Assembly: GCA_963666215.2 (NCBI GenBank)
Contig: CAXWPL010000005.1
Span: 768,001 to 832,000 of the forward strand
Source: Acidobacteriota bacterium
GTDB taxonomy: Bacteria > Acidobacteriota > UBA890 > WLXD01
Direction: 5' to 3'
DNA length: 64,000 bases
Both the position numbers and the translations under genes were made by a program. The notes beneath the pieces are model-generated. The model saw only the letters and a list, made by a program, of their open reading frames with translations. It had not been told where the DNA came from and did not search any database. Shown one piece after another: positions 47,225-58,782 of the stretch. Positions within the stretch are counted from its first letter, which is position 1; each line of letters starts with the position of its first letter.

Positions 47225-48948
47225 CGCGCCGCCTCCCGGGACGTCGTGGCCGCGGGCTCGGTCTGTTCGACGGGAACGGCCAGTTTGGCGAGATCGGCCA
47301 GTTCGGCCGGATCGGCGGGATCGGCGGGATCGGCCAGTTTGGCAGGATCGGCAAACAAGGTCGGCACTATCTCGACGGGCGCCGCGAACGCCACTAGATC
47401 CCTTCCGGAGAGGCCAATCTCAGGGTCGGCGGGCCGAAAAGCGCTGTCTGCGGCGAGAACGCCCGAGAGTGCCGAGCGTGTGGCGTCGATCCATGGCTGC
47501 GGCCAAACACCGATCGCCACGATCAGCAGCACCAAAACGCCCACAACCAGCGTCTCGCGGAAATCGAGATCGGGCACTGGCGGCCGCGGCTCGACGGACT
47601 TGCGAGGCTCGTAGAACGTGCGCTGCATCAGCGCGAGGCCCGGCACCGTTCCCACGACGATGCCGACGATCGCAGCCATGACCCAGCCCGGGTAGACACG
47701 GAAGGAGCCCAGGAGCACCAAAAACTCGCCCACGAAATTGCCGAGGCCGGGGAGCCCGATGTTGGCCAGCGTGAACACCAGCGCCGCGACGCCCAGCCTG
47801 GGCAACGGCCCCCACAGCTCGCCGAGATCCGCGAACGAGCGGCTGTGCACTCGATCCTTGACGATCCCGGCCACCACGAACAGTCCGGCGGTGGTAATTC
47901 CGTGCGCCAGCATCTGCATCACGGCGCCCTGCAGGCCCTCCAAGCTCCAAGCAGCAATCCCGAGCATGACAAAGCCCATGTGAGCGACGCTCGAGTAGGC
48001 GATCATGCGCTTCAAATCGGTCTGTGTAAGGGCGAGGAAGGCCCCATAGAACACGCCCACAACCGCCAACCCGGCGAGCAACCCGGAGAGCTCCTGGGCG
48101 CCACGCGGCACCAACGGCACGGCGAAGCGAATCAGGCCATAACCTCCGGTCTTCAGCAGCAAGCCGGCGAGCAGAATGCTGCCGCCGGTGGGCGCCTCAC
48201 CATGCGCATCGGGAAGCCAGCCGTGGAGCGGGAATACGGGTAGCTTGACGGCGAACGCGACGATGAACCCGAGAGCCAGCCACCACGACAGCTGCGGGTC
48301 CAGGGTGGTGCCGAGCAACTCGGTGTAGCTGGTCGTGAAGTTGCCCGCTTGCGCACCGTGCGCGTAGTACAGCGTGACAATCGACACCAGCAGGGCCAGT
48401 CCGCTGACCAGCGTAAAGAGCACGAACTTCAACGCGGCGTAGATTCGGCGCTCGTGCCCCCACATGCCGATGAGGAAGTACATCGGCACCAGCATCAGCT
48501 CCCAGAAGAAGTAGAACAGGAACAGATCATAGGCGAGGAAAACGCCCATGATCCCCGACAGGGTCGCCAGCAGGCACAAGTAGTAGGCGCCGCAGCGCTC
48601 GGTGATCTCCCGCCACGACGAGAGAACCGCGATCGTGCCGAGCAACGCGGTGAGCAGCACGAACACGAGGCTGAGGCCGTCGAGCCCGAGCTGAAACTCG
48701 ATCCCGAAGCTCGGTACCCACTCGAAACGCTCTCTCAGCAGAAGCGGCTGCGCAGCTCCAACGGACCCGAGCGTCGCCCGCGGCGCCAGCGCCAGCGCCA
48801 CCACCGTCGCGATCGTCAGCTCGGCCCCCATCGTTGCTAGGGCGGCCACACGCGCGAGCCTGGGGGATCGTCGACCAGCCACCAGGGCAACCACTCCGCC
48901 GGCCAGCGGCAGCAGCACCAACAGCGTCAAGATGCCTTCCGCCCCCAC
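47221..48948 (-). CDS. nuoM: NADH-quinone oxidoreductase subunit M
   Basis: FWELMLVPMY, HGWLPDAHGEAP, AYSSVAHMG, NFVGEF. Confidence 0.93.
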   Translation of the reverse strand: MGAEGILTLLVLLPLAGGVVALVAGRRSPRLARVAALATMGAELTIATVVALALAPRATLGSVGAAQPLLLRERFEWVPSFGIEFQLGLDGLSLVFVLLTALLGTIAVLSSWREITERCGAYYLCLLATLSGIMGVFLAYDLFLFYFFWELMLVPMYFLIGMWGHERRIYAALKFVLFTLVSGLALLVSIVTLYYAHGAQAGNFTTSYTELLGTTLDPQLSWWLALGFIVAFAVKLPVFPLHGWLPDAHGEAPTGGSILLAGLLLKTGGYGLIRFAVPLVPRGAQELSGLLAGLAVVGVFYGAFLALTQTDLKRMIAYSSVAHMGFVMLGIAAWSLEGLQGAVMQMLAHGITTAGLFVVAGIVKDRVHSRSFADLGELWGPLPRLGVAALVFTLANIGLPGLGNFVGEFLVLLGSFRVYPGWVMAAIVGIVVGTVPGLALMQRTFYEPRKSVEPRPPVPDLDFRETLVVGVLVLLIVAIGVWPQPWIDATRSALSGVLAADSAFRPADPEIGLSGRDLVAFAAPVEIVPTLFADPAKLADPADPADPAELADLAKLAVPVEQTEPAATTSREAAR

Positions 48949-48952
48949 CCGC

Positions 48953-51115
48953 TCAGCCTCCGGCGCCGGTGGGCCATAGCGGCAACAGCTCCGACCACAG
49001 CCACACGGTGAGCAGCGCCAGAACGCCGAGCAACAGCGCCGCAACGTAGGTCTGCAGACGCCCGGTTTGCGTGCGCGCCACCAGCCGATGTGCCCAGCCC
49101 ACACCACGAGCGCCGCCAAGCACCGCTCGGTCGGCCGGGTCGCTGCGCAACAGCAAGGCCATCGTCGTGTAGGTCTGTCCCACCATCGCGTCGGCGACTT
49201 CGTCTGCAAACCAGCCCGCGGCCCACACCTGCCGCAGCCTGGTGAGGATGGGACTGGCCCGCAACAATCGACGAATCCCCGGATTGAGGAAATAGAGCCA
49301 GAAACCCAGCAGGAGGCCGGCAACTACCGCGGCCGACGACACGCTCATCAGCCGCAGCTCGAGGGCGTGTTCCGCTTCGGCCGCCAGCGCCGACCCTTCG
49401 CCGTCCGAGCGCGCGCGCAATGTCAAACCACCGGGCGACAGAAAGGCGGGCCCGATGAACTGCTCGAAGGCGTGCACACCGCCAAGCCGCTCGGGAGTCT
49501 GGACAAACCCAGCGAACAGGGCGCCGACGGCCAGAGGAACGCACGTCCACAAGAGCCATCTCGAGGGCCTATGCAGAGCGCTCGAATGGCCCGAGCCCAC
49601 ATCGACATCTGGATCCGCTGCCCGCTCACTGGCCCCCTCGCCCCAGAAAACCAGCAGATACCAGCGCATGCTGTACAGGGCGGTAATCGCTGCTGTCAAC
49701 ACGAGCACCGCCCACATCGAGGCGTTACCAATGGGCGCCTGGTAGGCCCCCCACAAGATCTGGTCCTTGGAGTAGAACCCTGATGTCACCAATGGCACGC
49801 CGGCGAGTGCCGCCGCGCCGATCCCAGCGAGCATCGTCAACATCGGTAGGCGGCGCGCAAGCCCGCCCATGCGGGTGATGTCCGTCTCCCCGTCGAGCGA
49901 GTGCGTCACCGAGCCGGCGCTCAGGAAGAGCAGTGCCTTGAAGAAGGCGTGCGTGAAGAAGTGGAACATCGCCGCGACGAACGCACCCACTCCGAGCGCC
50001 GTGAACATGAAGCCGATCTGGCTGATGGTCGAGTAGGCCAACACGCGCTTGATGTCCCGTTGGCCCAGAGCGGAGCAGGCTGCCGAGATCGCGGTGATTG
50101 TGCCCAGCGTGGCTGTCATCGCGAGGACGGCGGGCGCGAACAGGAACAGGGTGTGGCAGCGGGCAATCAGGTAGACGCCGGCGGTCACCATCGTTGCGGC
50201 GTGCAAGAGGGCGCTAACTGGCGTCGGGCCGGCCATGGCGTCGGGCAGCCAGATCTGCAGCGGGACCTGCGCCGATTTGCCCAACGCGGCCAACAGAAGG
50301 AGCCCGGCAACGGCCAGGGCGATGGGATGACCCGGCTGCCAAACCACGGTGACGCGCTCGAGAATCTCGGCAATACGCAAGGTCCCGAAATTCCAAGCCA
50401 ACACCAACATCGCCAGCAGGAAAGCGGCGTCGCCGATGCGTGTGACGATGAAGGCCTTGCGCGCCGCCGCGCCGTTCGCCGGCTTGTCATACCAAAAACC
50501 GATCAGCAGGTACGAACAGGCACCTACCCCTTCCCAGCCCACGAAGAGAGTCATCAATCCGTCGCCGAGAACGAGCAGCAGCATGGCGGCGCAGAACAGG
50601 TTCAGGTAGCAGAAGAAGCGCCCGAGGTCGCGTTCGTCGGCCATGTAGGCGGCGGCGTAGAGGTGGATCAGCAGCCCGACACTGGTGATGACCAGCACCA
50701 TCAGCACCGACAGCGGGTCGAGCCACAGGCTGAAATCCAGGGCGATCCCGCCGGTATCGATCCAGGTGTAGAGCGTTTCGCGGACGTAGGGCATGCCGGT
50801 GACCCAGCGGTCGACCGAAGCGGCGGCCTGCGGCGACAACAAACCGGCCGCCTGATTCCCGGCTACCGCGGCCGCGAGTGCGGCCGGCCCCTGCGCCGGA
50901 GCCGCGCCGAACGTCACCGCGAACAGGGGCCAGCTAGCCAGTACCCCCGCCACTAGGGAACCGCCGACCGCACAGCAGGCGACCGCGGAGATCGCCGCAC
51001 GCAGCGCGCGGCCGTCGTCGACCCGCGAGCTCTTGGCTCGTGATGCCAGTGCGGCGCAGATCAGGCCGCCAAGAAGCGGTGCGGCGACAATCGTCCAGAG
51101 GGGAACCGACGGCAT
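48953..51115 (-). CDS. nuoL: NADH-quinone oxidoreductase subunit L
   Basis: GWEGVG, KSAQ.P..WLPDAMAGPTPVSALLHAATMV, HAFFKALLF. Confidence 0.93.
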   Translation of the reverse strand: MPSVPLWTIVAAPLLGGLICAALASRAKSSRVDDGRALRAAISAVACCAVGGSLVAGVLASWPLFAVTFGAAPAQGPAALAAAVAGNQAAGLLSPQAAASVDRWVTGMPYVRETLYTWIDTGGIALDFSLWLDPLSVLMVLVITSVGLLIHLYAAAYMADERDLGRFFCYLNLFCAAMLLLVLGDGLMTLFVGWEGVGACSYLLIGFWYDKPANGAAARKAFIVTRIGDAAFLLAMLVLAWNFGTLRIAEILERVTVVWQPGHPIALAVAGLLLLAALGKSAQVPLQIWLPDAMAGPTPVSALLHAATMVTAGVYLIARCHTLFLFAPAVLAMTATLGTITAISAACSALGQRDIKRVLAYSTISQIGFMFTALGVGAFVAAMFHFFTHAFFKALLFLSAGSVTHSLDGETDITRMGGLARRLPMLTMLAGIGAAALAGVPLVTSGFYSKDQILWGAYQAPIGNASMWAVLVLTAAITALYSMRWYLLVFWGEGASERAADPDVDVGSGHSSALHRPSRWLLWTCVPLAVGALFAGFVQTPERLGGVHAFEQFIGPAFLSPGGLTLRARSDGEGSALAAEAEHALELRLMSVSSAAVVAGLLLGFWLYFLNPGIRRLLRASPILTRLRQVWAAGWFADEVADAMVGQTYTTMALLLRSDPADRAVLGGARGVGWAHRLVARTQTGRLQTYVAALLLGVLALLTVWLWSELLPLWPTGAGG

Positions 51116-51119
51116 CAGA

Positions 51120-51437
51120 TCATCCTCGCAGTCGGTCGAGACCGGAGGTGTCGACGCTTCCGGTGACAGCGCGAATGCGCAGCAAGAGCGCCAACCCCAC
51201 AGCAACCTCTGCGGCCGCCATGGTCATGATGAACAGAACGAAAATCTGGCCGTCGGGCTGCTGCCACCGCGCCCCTGCGCCCACGAAGGCAACGGCGGCG
51301 CCGTTGAGCATCACCTCAATGCTGACCAGAACGAACAGGAGGTTGCGTCGTCGTAGCGCTCCGAAGGCGCCCACGGCCAGCAGCGCGGCGCCCAGAAGAA
51401 GAACGTGCTCGAGCGGCACAGCCGCGCTGGCGCTCAC
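51120..51437 (-). CDS. nuoK: NADH-quinone oxidoreductase subunit K
   Basis: RRNL, EVMLN, GQIF, AAAEVAVGLA. Confidence 0.93.
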   Translation of the reverse strand: MSASAAVPLEHVLLLGAALLAVGAFGALRRRNLLFVLVSIEVMLNGAAVAFVGAGARWQQPDGQIFVLFIMTMAAAEVAVGLALLLRIRAVTGSVDTSGLDRLRG

Positions 51438-52048
51438 GTGACCGTCTCCCCTTCGCGCTGATTGTCGGGTACGGGCACGGAATCGGGCCCGGCGAGTCTG
51501 GCCGGCGGCTCTGCCGAGGTCCCCGACAACGCCAACACGCCCGACCTCTGGCGACCGATCCACATCGCGCCAACGAGCCCCACCAAGAGCAGCAGCGAAG
51601 CCAGCTCAACGGCGACAGCATAGCCACCGAACAGGCTCGCCCCGACGTCCTCGATCGACACGGGCGAGACCGCCGTGAGGGCTGCCTGAGCGGTGAAACG
51701 GGGGTCGGAAGACACAATTGCCGACGCCAGCGCCGCCAGCAGCACTGCCGATAGTGCGGCGGGAGCGGCCCAACCGTGAGCGCCCAGCTGCTGCATCTCT
51801 CGGCCGACGGCCTGCGGCCCGAAATTGAGGAACATGAGCGCGAACAGAAAGAGCACGACGATGGCCCCGGCATACACGATGACCTCGAGCGCGGCGATGA
51901 ACGGTGCCCCGAGCGCGAGAAAAACCAGTGCGATGGCGAACAGGCCGGTCACCAGAAAGAGCAGCGCGTGCATCGCGTTGGCGCGAGTCACAGCCGCCAA
52001 GCAGGCGATCACGGCCACGACGGCGGAAACGTAGAACAGCCCGGTCAT
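51434..52048 (-). CDS. nuoJ: NADH-quinone oxidoreductase subunit J
   Basis: VIVYAGAIVVLFLF, ELASLLLL. Confidence 0.92.
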   Translation of the reverse strand: MTGLFYVSAVVAVIACLAAVTRANAMHALLFLVTGLFAIALVFLALGAPFIAALEVIVYAGAIVVLFLFALMFLNFGPQAVGREMQQLGAHGWAAPAALSAVLLAALASAIVSSDPRFTAQAALTAVSPVSIEDVGASLFGGYAVAVELASLLLLVGLVGAMWIGRQRSGVLALSGTSAEPPARLAGPDSVPVPDNQREGETVT

Positions 52049-52133
52049 CGGTCGCGACCTCGACTCCGCTCGCCACGTCGCGAGCCCACCGATGCCATGG
52101 CGCCAGCGGCCCGCATCGCCCATCGTGCGGCAG

Positions 52134-52703
52134 TCATGGCAGCAAACTCCTGGGGTCGACTGGCGACCGCTCTCCCTCCGCCTCTCCCTTCGCCTTGCCG
52201 TCGATTGCCACACCGGCGTGGCGGTAGAAGCTGTATTCGTGACGCTTGCCGACCCCGTCGATTTGCAGGTGCTCTTTCTCGTAGATGAGGTTGTTGCGGT
52301 CGTATTCCGCCATCTCGAAGTCGGGCGTGAGCTGGATCGCGTAGGTCGGACAGGCTTCTTCGCAGAAGCCACAGTAGATGCAGCGCGAGAAGTCGATCCG
52401 GAACCAGGCCGGGTAGCGCCGACCGTGCTCGTCCTCTGTCGCCTGCAGCGAAATGCAATCCACCGGGCAGGCAACCGCGCACAGGTAACACCCCACGCAG
52501 CGCTCCTCGCCGTCCGGGTCGTTGGTCAACACAATGCGGCCGCGGTAGCGCGGCGCCAACGGGATCCTCTCCTCGGGGTATTGCACCGTGATCGGACGCC
52601 GAAACTGCCGACGGAAGGTGATGTAGAGCCCGCGCAGAATACTCATGGCGCCGAACACCTGGCGGCGCAACGCGCCCGGTCTGCTACGCGGAGCACTGCC
52701 CAT
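52134..52703 (-). CDS. nuoI: NADH-quinone oxidoreductase subunit I
   Basis: TVQYPEE; two CxxCxxCxxxCP motifs; start at 52703 (TGATG overlap) or 52646. Confidence 0.93.
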   Translation of the reverse strand: MGSAPRSRPGALRRQVFGAMSILRGLYITFRRQFRRPITVQYPEERIPLAPRYRGRIVLTNDPDGEERCVGCYLCAVACPVDCISLQATEDEHGRRYPAWFRIDFSRCIYCGFCEEACPTYAIQLTPDFEMAEYDRNNLIYEKEHLQIDGVGKRHEYSFYRHAGVAIDGKAKGEAEGERSPVDPRSLLP

Positions 52704-53662
52704 CAGGCCCCCGCTCGCGAGACGACGAGCGCCCCGGTCACGACAAGATTCACCAGCGCCACCGGCACCAGGACCTTCCAACCGAAGGTCATGAGATGGT
52801 CGTAGCGTGCCCGTGGCAACGTGCCGCGTACCCAGATGAAGACGTAGAGCAGAACAGCGATCTTCAGGAAGTACCACCCGAGCGACGGACCTCCCGGTCC
52901 GCTGCCCCCACCGAGAAACACGGCGGTGGCGATCGAGGCGAACAGGATCATCGCCAGGTACTCGCCCAAAAAGAAGAGCGCGAACTTCATGCTGGCGTAC
53001 TCGGTGTGGAAACCCGCCACGAGCTCGTTCTCCGCCTCGGGTAAGTCGAACGGCAGCCGCTTCGTTTCGGCGAAGCCCGCCACGAAGAAGATCAGGAAGG
53101 CGACCGGCTGCACGAGAATGAACGGCATCGCCGCCTGCGCCTCGACGATCACTCGCAGGTTCAGCGACCCGACCATCACCACGACCGACGCCAGCGACAG
53201 TCCCACCGCGAGCTCGTAGCTGATCATCTGCGCCGCCGACCTGACGGCCGAGATCAGTGCGTACTTGCTGTTGGAGCCGAGCCCGGCAAGCAGGACGCTG
53301 TACACCGACATCGACGACAGCGCCAGAAAGAACAACAGGCCAATGTTGAGGTCGACGATCGCGCCGCCGGTGCCGAAGGGCACCACGGCGAACGACAACA
53401 GCACCGACACCACCACAATCGCCGGCGCGGCAATGTACGCCACGCGATCGGCGAACGGTGGCACCCAGTCTTCCTTGGTGAGCAGCTTGATGATGTCTGC
53501 GAGGCTCTGCAAGAGGCCGAACGGCCCGACGCGATTCGGCCCTCGACGATTCTGCAGCAACGCCAGAAGACGGCGCTCGGCCCACACTAGCTGCGGGACC
53601 ACTGCCAGAAGAACCGCCGTCGTCAACAGTGTGCGCAAAACAAGCTGCCATGCGAGCTCCAC
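52703..53662 (-). CDS. nuoH: NADH-quinone oxidoreductase subunit H
   Basis: [30 protein letters not shown]. Confidence 0.95.
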   Translation of the reverse strand: MELAWQLVLRTLLTTAVLLAVVPQLVWAERRLLALLQNRRGPNRVGPFGLLQSLADIIKLLTKEDWVPPFADRVAYIAAPAIVVVSVLLSFAVVPFGTGGAIVDLNIGLLFFLALSSMSVYSVLLAGLGSNSKYALISAVRSAAQMISYELAVGLSLASVVVMVGSLNLRVIVEAQAAMPFILVQPVAFLIFFVAGFAETKRLPFDLPEAENELVAGFHTEYASMKFALFFLGEYLAMILFASIATAVFLGGGSGPGGPSLGWYFLKIAVLLYVFIWVRGTLPRARYDHLMTFGWKVLVPVALVNLVVTGALVVSRAGA

Positions 53663-56600
53663 TAGCGTTCCCCCGTTGGCGGCCGTGGGGACGTATCTCC
53701 GCCCTGCTGGGCGAGCCTCGCGGGCTTCGCAATCGGCGCAGCATTGGTCGGGAGCACACGCGTCGCTTCAGCCGACTCCGCCGGGCCCAGCCGCACGCGC
53801 ACACGCCGCGGCTGCTGCCACCAACGCGTTTCGTCGAAGCCGGCCGGTATCAGCAGGGTGCCTGGAGGCACCTTCGCGTCGACGTCGATGCGCAGCCGGG
53901 CGCGGCCAACCCAGCGATCGCGGTAGAACGACACGTCACGCCTTTCATCCTGCTGCACTCCGAGCTCACGCGCCTGCAGCGGATGCAGCCGAAGCGCCGG
54001 CTCTGGTGTCACCGCCGAGACCGGGGCGGCCCTGCTGGACATGGGCTCCGAACCGAAGATCTCGGCCATCCCGCACAGCAGCAGTGCGCGCTGCGTCGGT
54101 GCCGCATCCTCTCCTTCGGCCGCATCACCGGCGCCCGACGACCCCGGCGAGGATGGGCCCTGCTCACTGCTCCAGCTCGGCACGACATGGTGCGCCAGCC
54201 GGACTTGCTCAACAGATGCTTCGGGCCACACCTCGGCGCCCGCCGCAGCGATGTCGTGCTCCGCGTGGTCCTCATCCTTGAGATAGATCTGCCGGTCATG
54301 CATGGGATAGCCCGAAGCTGCGAGCGGCACGTCGGGCCACGCCTGGTCGCCGGGCTCGAGAAGCCGGGCTCCGGGATCACCACCGTGCAGCGGCCCACCC
54401 ACCTCGATCTGAAACTGATTGATCGCCTCGTTGGAGTTCCACCCAGGGGCCCAGAAGCGCGGCACCAGCGCCGGCGGGGAGGGGGATCCGTACCCTTCCA
54501 TTGTGAAGCCGAGCGGCGATTCGGTGTCGTCGTCGGGGCGCGGCGGGTGGCGGGCTTCGACCACGTCGGGACGCGCGCTGCGCCCGGAGTAACGGCTCGT
54601 TTGCCGCGGCACACGCTGTTCCGCGGCACGGTATCCGGGAGGTGGCGCGATGCCGCGCGCCGGGGCGAAGTGCGGCTGCGAGGCGATGAGATCTTCGAGC
54701 ACGTCTTCCACCGTGCGCCACGCCGTGGCGCCGCTCTGCGGGCGGACGGCCACCAACAGGTCGCGAACGATCGCCCAGTCGTCATCGATACCCGGCTCCG
54801 GCACCTGTACCTGGTAGTACCGCTGAGCCCGACCTTCGGAGCTCACGAAGGTGCCATTCGCCTCGAGCGCGGGCGCCATGGGCAGGACCACGTCGGCGGC
54901 CGCCACCATCTCTCCGCCAACGCTGTCGATCACGATGAGCGACTCGAGCTTGCCCAGTGCCGCCCGCAGCCGATCCACATCCTCGACCCGGCGGTAGAGA
55001 TCGTTGCCGACAACAACCAGGCAGGTGACGCGGCCCTCCTCGATGTCGACGAGCAGATTGCCCAGCGGTGGCCCGAACGGAACGGCAACGTCATCAACAA
55101 TCGTCTGCTCGAGCATGACCACGCCAACGCTGTTGGGCTCGGGAACAGCCAACATGTACCAGGGCAGCTCCGGTGTCTCGTTGCCCCTCTGCGAATCGTC
55201 CTGGGCTTGCTGAGAATCCTCCGCGTTGGCTCGACGGGCGCGATTCAACGCTCGCATCATGCGGAGTACGCCGCTCTGTAGTGAGCGGAATCGGCACTGC
55301 GTCCCCACAATCACCAGCGGCTGTCGCGCCTGGAGCAACTTGTCGGCGATCGAGAGCACGCGCCTGCCGCGCTCTTCGGGCAACTGATCGAGGAAAGCGC
55401 GCGGATCACGCCGCGGACGCCGCTGGATCCGCCCTTCGAGCACCTCGGCGATCGCCACACAGCCGGCAGTCAGGCTCGGCAGGTCGAGAATCGGCGCAAG
55501 GTTCGCGAAGCGCGTCAACCGTCCCGGGCGAATGTCGGCGTACGCCAGCTCGGCGCCCGCACGACAGGCTTGAACGATCTCGAGGTCGACGAGCGGAGCC
55601 TCATGGGTGGGATTGCAGCCGATCACGAGGATGAAGTCGGCCTCCTTGACCTCCTGCAGCGCCGGAACGCGTATCGAGGTGCCGCGCCAGGCACGCACCG
55701 CGCGGTGCACCATGCGCAACTCGACATCGTTCATCCCCGAGCAGAAACGATCCTCGCCCGCCAGCCGGCGCAGCGCGTGGTTCGCCTCGAGGCTGATCGA
55801 CGGCGATCCGACGGCGGCCAACGTGCCGCGGCGAGCAGCGTCGCCGATCGCCCTTGTGGCCCGCCGCAGCGCGCTCTGCCGAGCTGCTCGAATGCCTTCG
55901 AGATCGGTCGCCATCGGCCGGCAACCCAGCCGCTCGGCGCTGGTCGCAGACGCATTCCCACGGCCCGCATCCTTACCGACGCCGTTCGAGCCTGGCGCGG
56001 GCAACTCGTCGGCGCTCTCCCATCGAATACGGTCGGGGGCATTGACGTGCTCGAAACCGAAACGGCCTCGATCGCACAGCCAATACCCGTTGACCCTGGC
56101 GTTGTATCGCGCCGTGACGCGTCGGAAGACACCGTTGCTCGTAGCCGGGAGCGTATTGCAGCCGAGCCCGCAGTGGTTGCAAATCGACGGCGCGCTCTGC
56201 AGGTCCCACTTGCGTGCGTAGCGCGCTCGATATGCCTTGTCGGTAAAAACACCCGTCGGGCAAACCTCCACGAGGTTACCGGCGAAGGGCAGCTCGAGCG
56301 TGCCTTCCTCGAAGCGCCCGAAGTACACGCGGTTGCGCGATGCGAGCTCGCCAAAGTCGTCGCCACCTGCATGATCGTTGTAGAAGCGCACGCAGCGGTA
56401 GCAGTGGATGCATCGGTTCATCTCGTGATGAATCAGCGGACCCAGATCCTGGTTCTCGAAGGTCCTCTTGCTGCCGCGATAGCGACGATGCCCGTGCCCG
56501 GTCATCACCGTCATGTCCTGCAGATGGCACTCGCCGCCCTCGTCACACACCGGGCAATCGTGCGGATGATTGGTCATCAACCACTCGACCACGGAGGCCC

Positions 56601-56934
56601 GCAACTCGGACGCTTCGCGATCTTTGATCGAGATCCGCATGCCGTCGGCGGCCGGCGTCATGCACGACATCACCACCCGGCCGCTCGCGTCGTCGTCGTC
56701 CTTGTACTGCTTCACCGCACACAGCCGACACGAACCCACCGCCCCCAGACCAGGGTGGTAGCAAAAGTAGGGCAGGTTCAAGCGGTGATCGAGCGCGACC
56801 TCGAGCACGTTGCGCCCCGGGCGGGTGCGGTAGTCGACGCCGTCAATCCGGACCCGGATCCCAGGCTCTGGCGTGCCCTCAGCGGCATTCGTCTGCGCCA
56901 CACCAGCCCCTTCCGCGCCGTCTGCCGGGCTCAC
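53662..56934 (-). CDS. nuoG: NADH-quinone oxidoreductase subunit G
   Basis: [41 protein letters not shown] (N7 site). Confidence 0.93.
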   Translation of the reverse strand: MSPADGAEGAGVAQTNAAEGTPEPGIRVRIDGVDYRTRPGRNVLEVALDHRLNLPYFCYHPGLGAVGSCRLCAVKQYKDDDDASGRVVMSCMTPAADGMRISIKDREASELRASVVEWLMTNHPHDCPVCDEGGECHLQDMTVMTGHGHRRYRGSKRTFENQDLGPLIHHEMNRCIHCYRCVRFYNDHAGGDDFGELASRNRVYFGRFEEGTLELPFAGNLVEVCPTGVFTDKAYRARYARKWDLQSAPSICNHCGLGCNTLPATSNGVFRRVTARYNARVNGYWLCDRGRFGFEHVNAPDRIRWESADELPAPGSNGVGKDAGRGNASATSAERLGCRPMATDLEGIRAARQSALRRATRAIGDAARRGTLAAVGSPSISLEANHALRRLAGEDRFCSGMNDVELRMVHRAVRAWRGTSIRVPALQEVKEADFILVIGCNPTHEAPLVDLEIVQACRAGAELAYADIRPGRLTRFANLAPILDLPSLTAGCVAIAEVLEGRIQRRPRRDPRAFLDQLPEERGRRVLSIADKLLQARQPLVIVGTQCRFRSLQSGVLRMMRALNRARRANAEDSQQAQDDSQRGNETPELPWYMLAVPEPNSVGVVMLEQTIVDDVAVPFGPPLGNLLVDIEEGRVTCLVVVGNDLYRRVEDVDRLRAALGKLESLIVIDSVGGEMVAAADVVLPMAPALEANGTFVSSEGRAQRYYQVQVPEPGIDDDWAIVRDLLVAVRPQSGATAWRTVEDVLEDLIASQPHFAPARGIAPPPGYRAAEQRVPRQTSRYSGRSARPDVVEARHPPRPDDDTESPLGFTMEGYGSPSPPALVPRFWAPGWNSNEAINQFQIEVGGPLHGGDPGARLLEPGDQAWPDVPLAASGYPMHDRQIYLKDEDHAEHDIAAAGAEVWPEASVEQVRLAHHVVPSWSSEQGPSSPGSSGAGDAAEGEDAAPTQRALLLCGMAEIFGSEPMSSRAAPVSAVTPEPALRLHPLQARELGVQQDERRDVSFYRDRWVGRARLRIDVDAKVPPGTLLIPAGFDETRWWQQPRRVRVRLGPAESAEATRVLPTNAAPIAKPARLAQQGGDTSPRPPTGER

Positions 56935-58256
56935 GCCGCGCCCCCGATCGCCGGCAATGCGGGGGGCTCGAACGGACAGCCACCTCGATGGACGTGCTCG
57001 TCGAGCTCATGGCGAAATTTCTCGATGACCGACCGCACCGGCCCTTCCGCGCCGAGCGCCAGGGCGCAGAAGGAGTTCGGCGCAATCAGCGCCATCTCCT
57101 TGGACAGCAGCTCGACGTCGCCGGCCTTTCCCCTGCCCTCCTCGATGTCGCGCAACAGATCCTCGACCCAGGGCAGCCCGTCACGGCACGGCGTGCACCA
57201 ACCGCACGACTCCTGTGCGAAGAAGTGCTCGAGATTGAGGGTGGCGCCGACGAGACATGTGCGGTTGTCGAAAACCATCACGCCGGCGGTTCCGAGACGG
57301 TTGTCGGCCTCGGCAAGCGAGGTGAAGTCGAGCGGCAGGTCGAACTCGTCGGGGCGCATGTACATCGTCGAAGCGCCCCCCGGAATCGTTGCTTTGGCCT
57401 CGAGGCCGTCCTGCATCCCACCGCAGTGCTCTTCGATGAGCTCGCGCGTGGTCACGCCGATCGGCAGCTCGTACGTGCCGGGGCGACGCACCTTGCCGCT
57501 AACACCATAGAGCTTGGTTCCGGCATCACGACCCGCGCCGAGGTCGTTGAACCACTCTGCACCGTTCGCCAGGATGTGCGGCACGCAAGCCAACGTTTCG
57601 ATGTTCTGAATCAGCGTCGGGCGATCCCACAGCCCCTGTAGAGCGGGAAACGGCGGTCGGAACCGTGGGTTGGGGCGACGTCCTTCCAGGCTGTTGAGCA
57701 GCGCGGTCTCTTCGCCGCAAATGTAGCGCCCGGCGCTCGTGTGCACGTGCAGCTGAAAGGAAAATCCGCTGCCCAGAATGTTGTCGCCAAGCAAGCCCTT
57801 GGCCTTGGCCTCGACGATCGCTCGCTGCAACCGGTTGGCACCCTCCTGATAGGCCCAACGAACAAAGATGTAGCCCGCGTTGGCGTCGATGGCGTGCGCG
57901 GCGATGATCATTCCCTCGATCACCTGGTGTGGGTCGCCCCAGATCAGCAGCCGGTCCTTGAAGGTGCCTGGCTCCATCTCGTCACAGTTGGCCACGACGT
58001 ACTTCGGTTTCAGCGAGCCTCTCCCAGGGTCTATGCCAGGCTCTTCGAGCGGTACAAAGCCCCACTTCACGCCGGTCGGGAATCCAGCGCCGCCACGACC
58101 GCGTAGGTTGGAGTCTTTGACGACCTGCTGGACCTCGGGCGGCGACATCTTCAGCGCCGCCCGCAGACCTTCGTAGCCGCCGGCGGCGGTGTAGTCGCTC
58201 AGCGATCGCGCCGGACTTCCTCGTACAATCCCTGCGGTGAGCGGCGTCTCAGACAT
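56931..58256 (-). CDS. nuoF: NADH-quinone oxidoreductase subunit F
   Basis: LRGRGGAGFPTG, DEMEPGTFKD, YICGEETAL, ESCGWCTPCR. Confidence 0.95.
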   Translation of the reverse strand: MSETPLTAGIVRGSPARSLSDYTAAGGYEGLRAALKMSPPEVQQVVKDSNLRGRGGAGFPTGVKWGFVPLEEPGIDPGRGSLKPKYVVANCDEMEPGTFKDRLLIWGDPHQVIEGMIIAAHAIDANAGYIFVRWAYQEGANRLQRAIVEAKAKGLLGDNILGSGFSFQLHVHTSAGRYICGEETALLNSLEGRRPNPRFRPPFPALQGLWDRPTLIQNIETLACVPHILANGAEWFNDLGAGRDAGTKLYGVSGKVRRPGTYELPIGVTTRELIEEHCGGMQDGLEAKATIPGGASTMYMRPDEFDLPLDFTSLAEADNRLGTAGVMVFDNRTCLVGATLNLEHFFAQESCGWCTPCRDGLPWVEDLLRDIEEGRGKAGDVELLSKEMALIAPNSFCALALGAEGPVRSVIEKFRHELDEHVHRGGCPFEPPALPAIGGAA

Positions 58257-58740
58257 CCTCCGTGGCGCCTCCGTCGCGGGCCGCTCCCAGCAGCACACGA
58301 TCGACCTTGTCTGGCGTCAAATCGCCGTGCAGCTTCTGGCCGACCATCATCACAGGCGCGTGATCACAGTCGCCGAGACAAACCATTGGTAGCAGCGTGA
58401 ATCGGTTGTCGGGCGTAGTCTCGCCGAAGCCGATTCCGAGTCGACCTTTCAGGTGGTCGCGAATGTGACCGTAGCCGCACATCCAGCACGAGACGGAGTC
58501 GCACAGCAGGATGACCCGATCGCCTACCGGCTTGCGGAACAGCAGGTTGTAGAAGGTGGCAAGCCCCTCGAGGTCGATCAGCGGCAGCTGGAGGTAGTCG
58601 GCAACGTCGCGCATCGACTCGTCGCTCAAATAGCCGCGGCCTGCCTGCAGGAACTTCATGACCGTCACCGAGGCAGCGCGCGCGGTCTGGTAGTGCGTGC
58701 GCAACTCGTCGAGCTCGGTGCGTTCCTGGTCGCTCAGCAT
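58249..58740 (-). CDS. nuoE: NADH-quinone oxidoreductase subunit E
   Basis: ATFY, CDSVSC, CLGDCDHAP. Confidence 0.93.
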   Translation of the reverse strand: MLSDQERTELDELRTHYQTARAASVTVMKFLQAGRGYLSDESMRDVADYLQLPLIDLEGLATFYNLLFRKPVGDRVILLCDSVSCWMCGYGHIRDHLKGRLGIGFGETTPDNRFTLLPMVCLGDCDHAPVMMVGQKLHGDLTPDKVDRVLLGAARDGGATEDV

Positions 58741-58782
58741 TTCTCTGAGTTGCTCACGTCAAGAGCCTTCACGGTGCTCATC

